Assembly: GCF_000981785.2 (NCBI RefSeq)
Contig: NZ_CP011304.1
Coordinates: 360,001-392,000, forward strand
DNA: 32,000 bases
Source: Microcystis aeruginosa NIES-2549
Lineage (GTDB): Bacteria > Cyanobacteriota > Cyanobacteriia > Cyanobacteriales > Microcystaceae
Direction of reading: 5' to 3'
Under the pieces are notes generated by a model. It was not told the origin of the DNA and ran no database searches. It worked only from the letters and a program-made list of their open reading frames with translations. The position numbers were made by a program, and so were the translations under genes. Below, one piece after another: positions 18,221 through 26,924 of this stretch. Position 1 is the stretch's first letter; every line of letters begins with the position of its first letter.

Positions 18221-19543
18221 ATGAGTAAACTTTCTAGACGTAGATTTATCTTCACTGCCGGGGCAACTGCCGTAGGAACAGCAATTCTCCACGGTTGCGC
18301 CACTCCCAATAATACCGCGACCAGTCCCTCCCCGGCCGGCAGTCCTGCCGCTTCCCCCGCTGCCGGTGGAGAAACTCCCGAAGTCACCACCGCCAAACTA
18401 GGTTTTATTGCCCTCACCGACGCTGCCCCCTTAATTATCGCCAAGGAAAAAGGTTTATTCGCTAAACACGGGATGCCCGATGTGCAAGTGATGAAACAAG
18501 CTTCTTGGGCTGCAACCCGGGATAACCTCGAATTAGGTTCGGCGGGGAATGGCATCGACGGGTCCCACATCCTCAGCCCCATGCCCTACCTAATGACCTT
18601 GGGCAAAATCACCAAACAGCCCGTACCGATGTATATTCTGGCACGTTTGAATACCAACGGTCAAGCGATATCGATCTCCAAATCCCACGCGGATTTAAAA
18701 CTCGACCTCGACAGTTCTAAACTCAAAGAAACCCTCACCAAAGCGAAATCTGCCGGCAAAGAAATGAAAGCTGCCGTCACCTTTCCGGGGGGCAACCACG
18801 ACCTGTTCATGCGTTACTGGCTATCTGCGGGCGGCATCGATCCCAATAATGACATCTCCCTCATCGTCGTTCCCCCGCCGCAGATGGTGGCCAATATGAA
18901 AGTCGGCACCATGGACGCGTTCTGTGTCGGCGAACCGTGGAACGCCCAAATCGTCTCCAAAGGCCTCGGGTACACTGCGCTGATCACTGGAGAATTCTGG
19001 AAGGATCACCCCGAAAAAGCTTTCGCCATGCGCGCCGATTGGGTGGATAAAAATCCCAAAGCGGCAAAAGCTTTAACTATGGCTGTTCTGGAGGCGCAGC
19101 AATGGTGCAACGATCCCGCTAATGTTAAGGAAATGTGCGAGATTATTTCAGGACGGGAATGGCTGAAAATTGACCCCGCCGATATCTTGGGAAGAATGCA
19201 GGGTAATATCGATTTCGGTGATGGTCGCAAAATCGAAAATAGCCCCGTAGCCATGAAATTCTGGGCTGATAACGCTTCCTATCCCTACAAGAGTCATGAT
19301 ACTTGGTTTGTGACTGAAGACATCCGTTGGGGCTATATTCCCGCCGATACGGACATCAAAGCTTTAGTTGATAAGGTTAACCGGGAAGATATCTGGAGAG
19401 AAGCCGCCACAGCCCTCAATGTTCCGGCTGATCAAATTCCCACCTCTACCTCTCGCGGTGTGGAAACTTTCTTTGATGGCGTGAAATTTGATCCCGAAAA
19501 TCCCCAAGCTTACCTGAAATCTCTCAAGATTAAAAAGGTTTAA
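18221..19543 (+). CDS. nrtA: Nitrate/nitrite ABC transporter substrate-binding lipoprotein NrtA
   Basis: 440 aa. It has a Tat-like signal (SRRRFIF) with a lipobox (ILHGC), a Pro/Ala/Ser linker, and then LGFIALTDAAPLIIAKEKGLF...YWLSAGGIDPNNDISLIVVPPPQMVANMKVGTMDAFCVGEPWN. It heads an nrtABCD gene order. Confidence 0.93.
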   Translation: MSKLSRRRFIFTAGATAVGTAILHGCATPNNTATSPSPAGSPAASPAAGGETPEVTTAKLGFIALTDAAPLIIAKEKGLFAKHGMPDVQVMKQASWAATRDNLELGSAGNGIDGSHILSPMPYLMTLGKITKQPVPMYILARLNTNGQAISISKSHADLKLDLDSSKLKETLTKAKSAGKEMKAAVTFPGGNHDLFMRYWLSAGGIDPNNDISLIVVPPPQMVANMKVGTMDAFCVGEPWNAQIVSKGLGYTALITGEFWKDHPEKAFAMRADWVDKNPKAAKALTMAVLEAQQWCNDPANVKEMCEIISGREWLKIDPADILGRMQGNIDFGDGRKIENSPVAMKFWADNASYPYKSHDTWFVTEDIRWGYIPADTDIKALVDKVNREDIWREAATALNVPADQIPTSTSRGVETFFDGVKFDPENPQAYLKSLKIKKV

Positions 19544-19687
19544 ATCAGTGTTCAGTGATCAGTAACCAGTCAACAGTTAAAGATGATTTGCTCATAACTG
19601 GTAATTAATAACTGATAACTGATCACTGATGCTGATCACTGAACCACTGATAACTGATAACTGATAACTGATAACTGATAACTGATT
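19544..19687 (+). repeat. Composite heptamer spacer: an imperfect palindrome (19544-19630) followed by CTGATAA x5 running into the nrtB ATG
   Basis: The left arm atcagtgttcagtgatcagtaaccagtcaacagtta pairs with the reverse complement of taactggtaattaataactgataactgatcactgat. The outer 20 positions have 2 mismatches. The loop is aagatgatttgctca. Confidence 0.8.
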
Positions 19688-20515
19688 ATGGCTGTTTCTA
19701 TTTCTCGTCGTTCTCAAGGTCCAAAATGGTTAAAAGACCTCAAAAAAAAATTACCCAAACTAGCAACTTCGGCGATTGCTTTATTAATTTTCCTCGTCAT
19801 CTGGCAAATACTCTGTTTTAGTCCCGATGCTCCCCTCCCTAGTCCCACCAAAGTGGTTAGCGATACCTGGGAATTAATTATTAATCCCTTCTTCAATAAT
19901 GGTGGCACGGATGTGGGGTTATTCTGGCAAATTTTCGCCAGTTTACAACGGGTGGCCGTCGGTTTTACCCTTGCCGCTATTGTTGGCATCGCTGCGGGTA
20001 TTTTAATCGGTAGCAGCGCCCTAATTTATGATGCGATCGATCCGATTTTCCAAATCCTGCGTACCGTTCCCCCCCTAGCTTGGCTACCCATATCCCTAGC
20101 GGCTTTTCGCAATAACGAACCTAGTGCCATATTTGTAATTTTTATTACAGCAATTTGGCCAATTATTATTAACACGGCTGTGGGAGTCCAGCAGGTTCCC
20201 CAAGACTATAAAAACGTCTCTAGAGTGTTAAAATTATCCAAAGTAGAATATTTTTTTAATATTCTTTTTCCCGCCACCGTTCCCTACGTTTTCACGGGAT
20301 TAAGAATCGGTATCGGTTTATCTTGGTTGGCAATTGTAGCGGCGGAAATGCTGATCGGTGGCGTGGGAATTGGCTTCTTTATCTGGGATGCTTGGAATAG
20401 TTCCATGATCAGTGAAATTATCCTCGCTCTGATTTATGTGGGTATTGTTGGTTTCCTACTCGATCGCCTCATGGCCTACATCGCTAAATTAGTTGTACCC
20501 GAAGAAAATAAATAA
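19688..20515 (+). CDS. nrtB: Nitrate/nitrite ABC transporter permease NrtB
   Basis: 275 aa polytopic membrane protein of the binding-protein-dependent permease type, located between nrtA and nrtC. Confidence 0.9.
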   Translation: MAVSISRRSQGPKWLKDLKKKLPKLATSAIALLIFLVIWQILCFSPDAPLPSPTKVVSDTWELIINPFFNNGGTDVGLFWQIFASLQRVAVGFTLAAIVGIAAGILIGSSALIYDAIDPIFQILRTVPPLAWLPISLAAFRNNEPSAIFVIFITAIWPIIINTAVGVQQVPQDYKNVSRVLKLSKVEYFFNILFPATVPYVFTGLRIGIGLSWLAIVAAEMLIGGVGIGFFIWDAWNSSMISEIILALIYVGIVGFLLDRLMAYIAKLVVPEENK

Positions 20516-20616
20516 GGCTCTCTTGAGGTTATGGTGATCGGCAAATCTTGTCGAAAAAAGAGCCACACCAAGCGCAATGTATGGTGAACATTTTTCAGCC
20601 AATCTCCAAGAGAGCC
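20516..20616. repeat. 101-bp element bounded by terminal inverted repeats (MITE-like or structured RNA)
   Basis: It starts immediately after the nrtB stop. The ends ggctctcttgag... and ...ctccaagagagcc are reverse complements (10 bp perfect plus extension). There is an internal direct repeat tatggtga. Confidence 0.5.
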
Positions 20617-20617
20617 T

Positions 20618-20745
20618 AAACAGTTATCAGTAAACAGTGAAAAGACAGTAGTAAACTGCTATTTAATACTGCACACTTAAAAACTCAAATCTGATAACTG
20701 ATAACTAATAACTGATAACTGATAACTGATAACTGATAACTGAAA
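20618..20745 (+). repeat. Composite repeat element A: CAGT-type heptamers, a core of about 55 bp, then CTGATAA x7 ending at the nrtC ATG
   Basis: Read directly. The core is gaaaagacagtagtaaactgctatttaatactgcacacttaaaaactcaaat. The reverse complement of the whole element aligns with 23802-23937. Confidence 0.85.
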
Positions 20746-22752
20746 ATGTCTGCATTTATTGAAGTCGATCACATTGATAAGGTTTTCCCTCTCCCCGATG
20801 GCCGTCAATATATCGCCCTAAAAAATATCGATCTCAGCGTTACTCAAGGGGAATTTATCTCTTTAATCGGTCACTCCGGTTGCGGGAAATCCACCCTCTT
20901 AAATATGGTCGCCGGACTCGATCGCCCGACGGTGGGAGGGGTGATTTTAGAGGGAAGAGAAATTAAAGGCCCCGGCCCCGATCGCATGGTGGTGTTCCAG
21001 AATTATTCGCTGCTGCCCTGGTTAACCGTCCGGGAAAATATCGCCCTAGGAGTTAACCGCGTGCTGCGTCATCTACCGGCTGCTGAACGCAAAAGTGTCA
21101 TCGAACATAGTATCGATATGGTACACCTGCGCCATGCCGCCAACAAACGACCGGGAGAATTATCGGGAGGCATGAAACAACGGGTAGCGATCGCCCGCGC
21201 CTTAGCCCTACGGCCAAAAGTCCTGCTACTCGATGAACCCTTTGGGGCGCTGGATGCGTTAACCAGAGGCAATTTACAGGAACGTTTGATGGAAATCGTC
21301 GAAGAAAGCCACGTTACCTGTATCATGGTCACGCACGATGTGGATGAAGCCCTATTACTATCCGATCGAGTGGTGATGTTAACCACCGGTCCGGAGGCCC
21401 ATATCGGTCAGATTCTCGATGTTCCCATTCCCCGGCCCCGGCATCGTTTAGAAGTAGTTAACCACCCCAGTTACTACTCCCTCCGTAACGAGATCGTTTA
21501 TTTCCTCAACCAACAGAAGCGATCGAAGAAAGTCGGTCAACCCACCGGTCCAGTGACGGTGATCGGCCAAGCTACCCGACTGAAAACCAATCCCACCATC
21601 GGTTTTATCCCCCTCACCGATTGCGCCCCGATTATTATCGCCAAAGAGAAAGGCTTCTTCGCCGAGGAAGGATTAGAGGATGTTATCCTGCAACGGGAAC
21701 CCAACTGGAAAGCACTCGCCCAAGGAGTAGCCACCGGTCGTCTCGATGCAGCCCAGATGGTGGCGGGAATGCCCCTCAGCATGACCATTGGGGCCGGCAA
21801 TAAGCCCTCTGTCCCCGTCATTAGTGCTTTGGTACTCAGTCGCAACGGTAACGCCATCACCCTCAGCAATAAATACAGGGAATTGGGGGTAGAAAAACTG
21901 GAGGACTTAAAGGGGGCCCTCCTGCAAAGTCCCGACCAAATCGCCACTTTCGGCATGGTTCACCCCGCCTCCATGCACAATCTACTGTTACGCTACTGGT
22001 TAGCTAGTGGCGGCATCGATCCCGATAGTGATGTCAATTTAGCCGTAATTCCGCCGCCTCAGATGGTTTCCCTGCTAAAAGCGGGTAATATCGACGGTTA
22101 TTGTGTGGGGGAACCCTGGAACTCCTACGCCGTTCAGGAAAAATTAGGCTACGTTATCGCCACCGATCTCGATATTTGGCCCGGACACCAGGAAAAAGTC
22201 CTCGGAGTCAAGGAAACTTGGGCGGCGAAACATCCCGAAACCCATATCGCCATGGTGAAAGCTTTAATTAAAGCCTGTGAATACTGCGATGATCGGCGTA
22301 ATCGAGAAGAAATCGTTAATATTCTCAGTCAGTCCCAGTATGTGGGCGTGGATAGCGCAATTATTCGCCCCGGTTTCCTCGATGGTTATGATCGCGGTTT
22401 AGGAACTGCCCCCGAAGCCCTATTCCGATTTAATCAGTTTTACGTCGATCAAGCTAACTGTCCGGGCCGGAGTGAGGCCCTATGGACCCTAACTCAGCTT
22501 GCCCGTTGGGGTTACGCGCCTTTCCCCCGCAACTGGGTAGAAGTGATTGAACGCGTCCGTCGTCCCGATCTGTTTGGTGAAGCTTGCCGGTCCCTGGGTC
22601 TTCCCGATTTGGAACCCGATCGCCACAGTTTCGCCCTCTTTGATCATCTTATTTTCAATCCCGACGATCCGATCGGCTATCTGGAACGTTTCTCGATCCG
22701 TCGCGATTATCGCGTCTCGGAAGTTCTCCTCGATGATCCCGTCGCTAATTAA
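20746..22752 (+). CDS. nrtC: Nitrate/nitrite ABC transporter ATPase NrtC, with a C-terminal NrtA-like regulatory domain
   Basis: 668 aa. The N-terminal half has GHSGCGKST, LSGGMKQRVAIARAL and LLLDEPFGALD. The C-terminal half visibly parallels NrtA (IGFIPLTDCAPIIIAKEKGFF; YWLASGGIDPDSDVNLAVIPPPQMVSLLKAGNIDGYCVGEPWN). Confidence 0.93.
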   Translation: MSAFIEVDHIDKVFPLPDGRQYIALKNIDLSVTQGEFISLIGHSGCGKSTLLNMVAGLDRPTVGGVILEGREIKGPGPDRMVVFQNYSLLPWLTVRENIALGVNRVLRHLPAAERKSVIEHSIDMVHLRHAANKRPGELSGGMKQRVAIARALALRPKVLLLDEPFGALDALTRGNLQERLMEIVEESHVTCIMVTHDVDEALLLSDRVVMLTTGPEAHIGQILDVPIPRPRHRLEVVNHPSYYSLRNEIVYFLNQQKRSKKVGQPTGPVTVIGQATRLKTNPTIGFIPLTDCAPIIIAKEKGFFAEEGLEDVILQREPNWKALAQGVATGRLDAAQMVAGMPLSMTIGAGNKPSVPVISALVLSRNGNAITLSNKYRELGVEKLEDLKGALLQSPDQIATFGMVHPASMHNLLLRYWLASGGIDPDSDVNLAVIPPPQMVSLLKAGNIDGYCVGEPWNSYAVQEKLGYVIATDLDIWPGHQEKVLGVKETWAAKHPETHIAMVKALIKACEYCDDRRNREEIVNILSQSQYVGVDSAIIRPGFLDGYDRGLGTAPEALFRFNQFYVDQANCPGRSEALWTLTQLARWGYAPFPRNWVEVIERVRRPDLFGEACRSLGLPDLEPDRHSFALFDHLIFNPDDPIGYLERFSIRRDYRVSEVLLDDPVAN

Positions 22753-22759
22753 TGGTTGT

Positions 22760-22776
22760 GGTGGGCTTTGCCCACC
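22760..22776 (+). other. GC-rich intercistronic hairpin between nrtC and nrtD
   Basis: ggtgggc-ttt-gcccacc is a perfect 7-bp stem. It lies 8 nt after the nrtC stop and is followed by ttaaaataaa. It could be an attenuator or an mRNA-stability element. Confidence 0.4.
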
Positions 22777-22798
22777 TTAAAATAAATCTAGGACGAAT

Positions 22799-23797
22799 AT
22801 GCAAACTTTTACCGATAAGACCGTGAATTCCAGCACCACCACCCAGCCTTTTTTATTAGTTAGTAATGTTGCCAAAGAATACCCCTCTCCCGAAGGGGTT
22901 TACACCGTTTTAGACGGTGTGGAGCTGCAAGTCAATGAGGGGGAATTTGTCTGCATTATCGGTCACTCCGGCTGCGGTAAATCGACCCTTTTAAATATGG
23001 TGGCGGGGTTTTCTTCTCCTAGTCGTGGGCAAGTGCTGCTACAGGATAAAGAGGTTAAGGAACCAGGACCAGACCGGATGATGGTATTCCAAAATTATTC
23101 GCTTCTGCCCTGGAAAACTGCCTTTGAGAACGTTTATATCGGGGTTAATTCCGTTTATCCCGAAAAATCTCAGGCTGAGAAGGTGAAGATCGTGGAAGAA
23201 AATCTATCCTTAGTGGGATTGACAGAAGCAGCCCAGAAAAAACCCCCCCAATTATCGGGAGGTATGAAACAACGGGTAGCGATCGCCCGCGCCCTGGCCA
23301 TTCGTCCCCAAGTTCTCATCCTCGATGAACCCTTTGGGGCCTTAGATGCGATCACTAAAGAGGAATTACAGGAAGAATTGCTGAAAATCTGGCAAGAAAA
23401 CCAGTTAACCGTGTTGATGATTACCCACGATATCGATGAGGCTTTGTTCTTGTGCGATCGCTTGGTGATGATGACCAACGGCCCAAGCGCCAAAATCGGT
23501 GAGGTGTTAAAGATGCCTTTTGCCCGTCCCCGGGTTCGTTCCCAAATTACCGAGGATCCCCGTTACTACGAACTTCGCAATGAAGCTCTCGATTTCCTCT
23601 ACAATCGTTTTGCCCATTCGGAGGATCCCAACGAGGATGCCCCCGAACAACCCCCAACAGAAAATCTCGTGGGTAAAATTGTTACTACTATCGGTGGCAT
23701 AGCTTTACTCGCTTTTGTCGGTTTTAGTCTAATACAAATGTTCACTAGCAAGACTGCCAATACTACTAATCCGGCTACCATCGAGGACTCCAGATAA
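22799..23797 (+). CDS. nrtD: Nitrate/nitrite ABC transporter ATPase NrtD, with a C-terminal acidic linker plus hydrophobic helix
   Basis: 332 aa. It has GHSGCGKST, LSGGMKQRVAIARALA and LILDEPFGALD. The last 60 aa (from HSEDPNEDAPEQPP) include IVTTIGGIALLAFVGFSLIQMF. Confidence 0.9.
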   Translation: MQTFTDKTVNSSTTTQPFLLVSNVAKEYPSPEGVYTVLDGVELQVNEGEFVCIIGHSGCGKSTLLNMVAGFSSPSRGQVLLQDKEVKEPGPDRMMVFQNYSLLPWKTAFENVYIGVNSVYPEKSQAEKVKIVEENLSLVGLTEAAQKKPPQLSGGMKQRVAIARALAIRPQVLILDEPFGALDAITKEELQEELLKIWQENQLTVLMITHDIDEALFLCDRLVMMTNGPSAKIGEVLKMPFARPRVRSQITEDPRYYELRNEALDFLYNRFAHSEDPNEDAPEQPPTENLVGKIVTTIGGIALLAFVGFSLIQMFTSKTANTTNPATIEDSR

Positions 23798-23801
23798 GTA
23801 A

Positions 23802-23937
23802 CAGTTATCAGTTATCAGTTATCAGTTATCAGTTATCAGTTATCAGTTATCAGTTATCAGATTTGAGTTTTAAGTGACAGTATTAAATAGAAGTTTCCTA
23901 CTGTCTTTTCACTGATTACTGTTTACTGATTACTGAC
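23802..23937 (-). repeat. Composite repeat element B: an inverted copy of element A (CAGTTAT x8, core, ACTG-type heptamers)
   Basis: cagatttgagttttaagtgacagtattaaatagaagtttcctactgtcttttcactg aligns with the reverse complement of 20640-20700. There are only a few substitutions or indels. Confidence 0.85.
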
Positions 23938-24092
23938 CAAGGATAAACCAGAAAGAGACAAAGAACAAAAAGGTGAAACCCGATCAGTTTAACTTATATA
24001 GTAGTGATCGATCTTTGTGTCTCCGTGGTTCGTTCCACTCACCCGCCCGCAAGACTGTATCTTAGAATAGATTTTAATCTCTGGAGAGTTAG

Positions 24093-24719
24093 TCAATGAT
24101 TAAGATGTTCAAAGACGGATTTATCACCGATATCGTTGGGGATAGGTTGGCTTAACTTTCCCAGAGCAAAGATAACAAATAAAGTCGCCCAGAGAATTAA
24201 TAGCCCCTTTTCCCAATTTAAGGGCAATATCCCCAAAAGATGACCGAGTAAAAGGGTGGGAACTAGAGGGGTTAAAAACTTGGTTTCTAGACGATTAAAA
24301 CAAAAAGCTTCTTTGAAATAAATCCCCGTGAGACTAGCAAAAATAAAGCCCACACCCAATAAACTCACCGGATGGTTATAGACAAATTCTAGGGGAGAAA
24401 GGTGAGAATAGAGGCTGAAAATTAGGGAAGTAATCGCCCCGATTAGCCAAAAAACTTGCAGGAGACGATGGAGGGGAATTAAATAAATATGGATAGTCAA
24501 TAAACTGATGCCTAACCCCAGACAAAAACCAATGTATAAAAGGTTAGTCAGGGGCAGTAATTGCGGTCGGCTGAGAACTATAATTGTAGCGACAGCGAAA
24601 CTAAAAGCCGCTAAATTTAACCCCAGACGGTAGAGACGCACACCTAGGCGATCGCTATCCGTAATCGTAAACTCTCCGAATTGACCTTGATAAACTCGAT
24701 CGACAGCAGGGGAAGTCAT
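24093..24719 (-). CDS. Conserved integral membrane protein (DUF2301-like)
   Basis: 208 aa. It has about 5-6 TM helices after a soluble N-terminus (VYQGQFGEFTITDSDRLGVRLYRLGL). The DUF2301 assignment is from memory and tentative. Confidence 0.7.
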   Translation of the reverse strand: MTSPAVDRVYQGQFGEFTITDSDRLGVRLYRLGLNLAAFSFAVATIIVLSRPQLLPLTNLLYIGFCLGLGISLLTIHIYLIPLHRLLQVFWLIGAITSLIFSLYSHLSPLEFVYNHPVSLLGVGFIFASLTGIYFKEAFCFNRLETKFLTPLVPTLLLGHLLGILPLNWEKGLLILWATLFVIFALGKLSQPIPNDIGDKSVFEHLNH

Positions 24720-24867
24720 AATGCTCTAAAGAAAAAGGGAAGCTTAGAAAAGATTGACTACAAATCATCTTAATCTTGAATTATGCCAGTAGCCTCACTT
24801 CTCCCTCCTCTCGGCTGACTAATTGCGAGTTAGGATCAAGGTTACATTTCCTTTAGATTTTTAAGCC

Positions 24868-26844
24868 ATGTCGTTGAACCAAGAATCCCTCGCTTTTAGC
24901 CATGGGAGGGTCAAGAACTCAACTAGCGAAATTTTGATCCTAGGCGGTGGTATCATCGGATTAGCGATCGCCGTCGATTTGCAATTGCGCGGGGCAAAAG
25001 TTACCCTCCTAGTTCGAGATATAGCTCAGGCCGCTAGTCGTGCGGCTGCGGGAATGTTGGCCCCCCACGCGGAGGGGATTCCCCCGGGTCCGTTTCTCGA
25101 TCTTTGTCTGCGATCGCGCTGGCTATATCCGGAGTGGAGCCGCAAAATCGAGGATTTAACGGGGATAAACAGCGGTTACTATCCCTGTGGTATTCTTGCT
25201 CCCGTTTACGAGCTAGAGCAGCCCGTTACTACCGAGGAAGTTAATAAAATTTGGTTAGACAGCAATGCAGTTCACCTCTACCAACCCGGACTAGGTAAAG
25301 ATGTGGTCGGTGGTTGGTGGTATCCCGACGATGGACAAGTGGACAACCGGCAGCTAGTGACTGCGCTGCAACAAGCGGCCGAAAATTTAGGGGTAGAAAT
25401 TCGCCAAGGGGTAGAAGTCCACGCTATACAACAAAAGCAGGGAAAAGTCAAGAGTATTTATACCTCAATTGGGGAATTAGAAGCAAAAATTTACATTTTA
25501 GCGGCGGGATCTTGGACGAGTCAACTTTTACCCCTCCCTATCCATCCCGTCAAAGGTCAAATGGCCGCGGTAAAAATGCCCCCTAACCAGACCTTAGCTA
25601 GGGTTTTATTCGGTCCGCAAACCTATCTGGTTCCCCGTCGCCATGGTCGTTTAATTATCGGGGCCACTTCCGAAAAAGTGGCCTGGCAAACTGGCAATAC
25701 ACCCCAAGGACTGCAAACCCTTTTTGAACGTGCCACCCGTCTCTATCCCCCTTTAGCTGACTGGGAAATCGAGGAAATGTGGTGGGGATTCCGTCCAGGT
25801 ACAGCCGATGAATTGCCCATTTTAGGCCGCAGTAGCTGTGATAACCTGATTTTAGCCACCGGTCACTATCGCAATGGCATTTTACTCGCCCCTGTCACTG
25901 CTTCCTTGATCGCTGACCTGGTGATTAATGACAAAGTTAATCCCATTTTGACCCATTTTAGCTGCGATCGCTTTAAGCGACCATCACCCCTTACTATTCC
26001 ACCTATGTCCTTAACTATTATTGAGAATAAACCCCAAGCACTTTTATCGCCCCAGAATGATAGTCTCACCATTGCCGGGAAAACCTTTCACTCCCGCTTG
26101 ATGACTGGGACTGGCAAATATGCCAATCTGACCACTATGCAGGAAAGTATTAGTGCCAGTGAATGTCAGATTGTCACCGTCGCCGTTAGACGAGTACAAA
26201 CGAACGCACCCGGCCATGAGGGATTAGCAGAGGCGATCGATTGGTCGAAAATCTGGATGTTGCCCAACACTGCCGGTTGTCAAACGGCCGAAGAAGCGAT
26301 TCGGGTGGCCCGTTTAGGGCGAGAAATGGCCAAATTATTGGGACAGGAAGACAATAACTTTATTAAACTCGAAGTTATTCCCGATCCTAAATATTTATTA
26401 CCCGATCCGATCGGAACTTTGCAAGCGGCGGAACAATTAGTTAAAGAAGGTTTTGCCGTACTGCCCTATATTAACGCCGATCCTCTCTTAGCCAAACATT
26501 TAGAGGAGGCTGGCTGCGCCACGGTTATGCCCCTAGGATCGCCGATTGGGTCGGGACAGGGGCTGAAAAATGAGGCAAATATCGCGATTATCATCGAATC
26601 GGCCAAAATTCCCGTGGTGGTAGATGCCGGGATCGGTACAGCCTCAGAAGCGGCCCGGGCCATGGAAATGGGGGCCGATGCTTTATTAATTAACAGTGCG
26701 ATCGCTATGGCGGCCAATCCAGCTATGATGGCGCAAGCCATGGCAATGGCGGCAAAAGCGGGACGTTTAGCCTATTTAGCGGGAAGAATGCCGATTAAGT
26801 CATCTGCTAGTCCTAGTTCCCCCTTGACGGGAACGATCGCCTAA
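24868..26844 (+). CDS. thiO/thiG: Bifunctional glycine oxidase ThiO / thiazole synthase ThiG fusion
   Basis: 658 aa. The N-terminal FAD Rossmann fold ([17 protein letters not shown]) and DAO-type domain extend to about residue 360. The C-terminal ThiG TIM-barrel has [19 protein letters not shown]...[13 protein letters not shown]...VVVDAGIG. This fusion is known in cyanobacteria. Confidence 0.9.
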   Translation: MSLNQESLAFSHGRVKNSTSEILILGGGIIGLAIAVDLQLRGAKVTLLVRDIAQAASRAAAGMLAPHAEGIPPGPFLDLCLRSRWLYPEWSRKIEDLTGINSGYYPCGILAPVYELEQPVTTEEVNKIWLDSNAVHLYQPGLGKDVVGGWWYPDDGQVDNRQLVTALQQAAENLGVEIRQGVEVHAIQQKQGKVKSIYTSIGELEAKIYILAAGSWTSQLLPLPIHPVKGQMAAVKMPPNQTLARVLFGPQTYLVPRRHGRLIIGATSEKVAWQTGNTPQGLQTLFERATRLYPPLADWEIEEMWWGFRPGTADELPILGRSSCDNLILATGHYRNGILLAPVTASLIADLVINDKVNPILTHFSCDRFKRPSPLTIPPMSLTIIENKPQALLSPQNDSLTIAGKTFHSRLMTGTGKYANLTTMQESISASECQIVTVAVRRVQTNAPGHEGLAEAIDWSKIWMLPNTAGCQTAEEAIRVARLGREMAKLLGQEDNNFIKLEVIPDPKYLLPDPIGTLQAAEQLVKEGFAVLPYINADPLLAKHLEEAGCATVMPLGSPIGSGQGLKNEANIAIIIESAKIPVVVDAGIGTASEAARAMEMGADALLINSAIAMAANPAMMAQAMAMAAKAGRLAYLAGRMPIKSSASPSSPLTGTIA

Positions 26845-26874
26845 TCCAGGGATCTATCGAAACTCCTTAAAATA

Positions 26875-26896
26875 GGGGAGATAGGCAAATCTCCCC
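26875..26896. terminator. Hairpin between convergent genes (8-bp stem ggggagat / atctcccc, 6-nt loop)
   Basis: Read directly. It lies 30 nt after the thiO/thiG stop and 29 nt after the TolC-like stop. There is no strong U-tract. Confidence 0.45.
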
Positions 26897-26924
26897 CCAC
26901 ACCACACATCAATAAATCCCACAA

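Noticed and set aside
18214-23781. Minus-strand ORFs inside the nrt genes (18214-18582, 18821-19254, 19714-19989, 21069-21386, 21537-21956, 23170-23493, 23599-23781)
   Set aside because: They are antisense shadows of high-confidence nrtA-D coding sequence, with no independent start signals or motifs.
24019-24050. tRNA-like T-arm sequence (gtggttcgttccac) downstream of nrtD, possibly a tRNA or an att remnant
   Set aside because: The loop is TTCGTT(C), which lacks the invariant A58 and the 5-bp stem. No complementary acceptor stem, D-arm or anticodon arm can be drawn in the preceding 70 nt.
24720-24867. Expected TPP (THI-box) riboswitch upstream of thiO/thiG
   Set aside because: The conserved CUGAGA and pyrimidine-sensor helix sequences are not present by eye. 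This is recorded as an absence rather than a feature.
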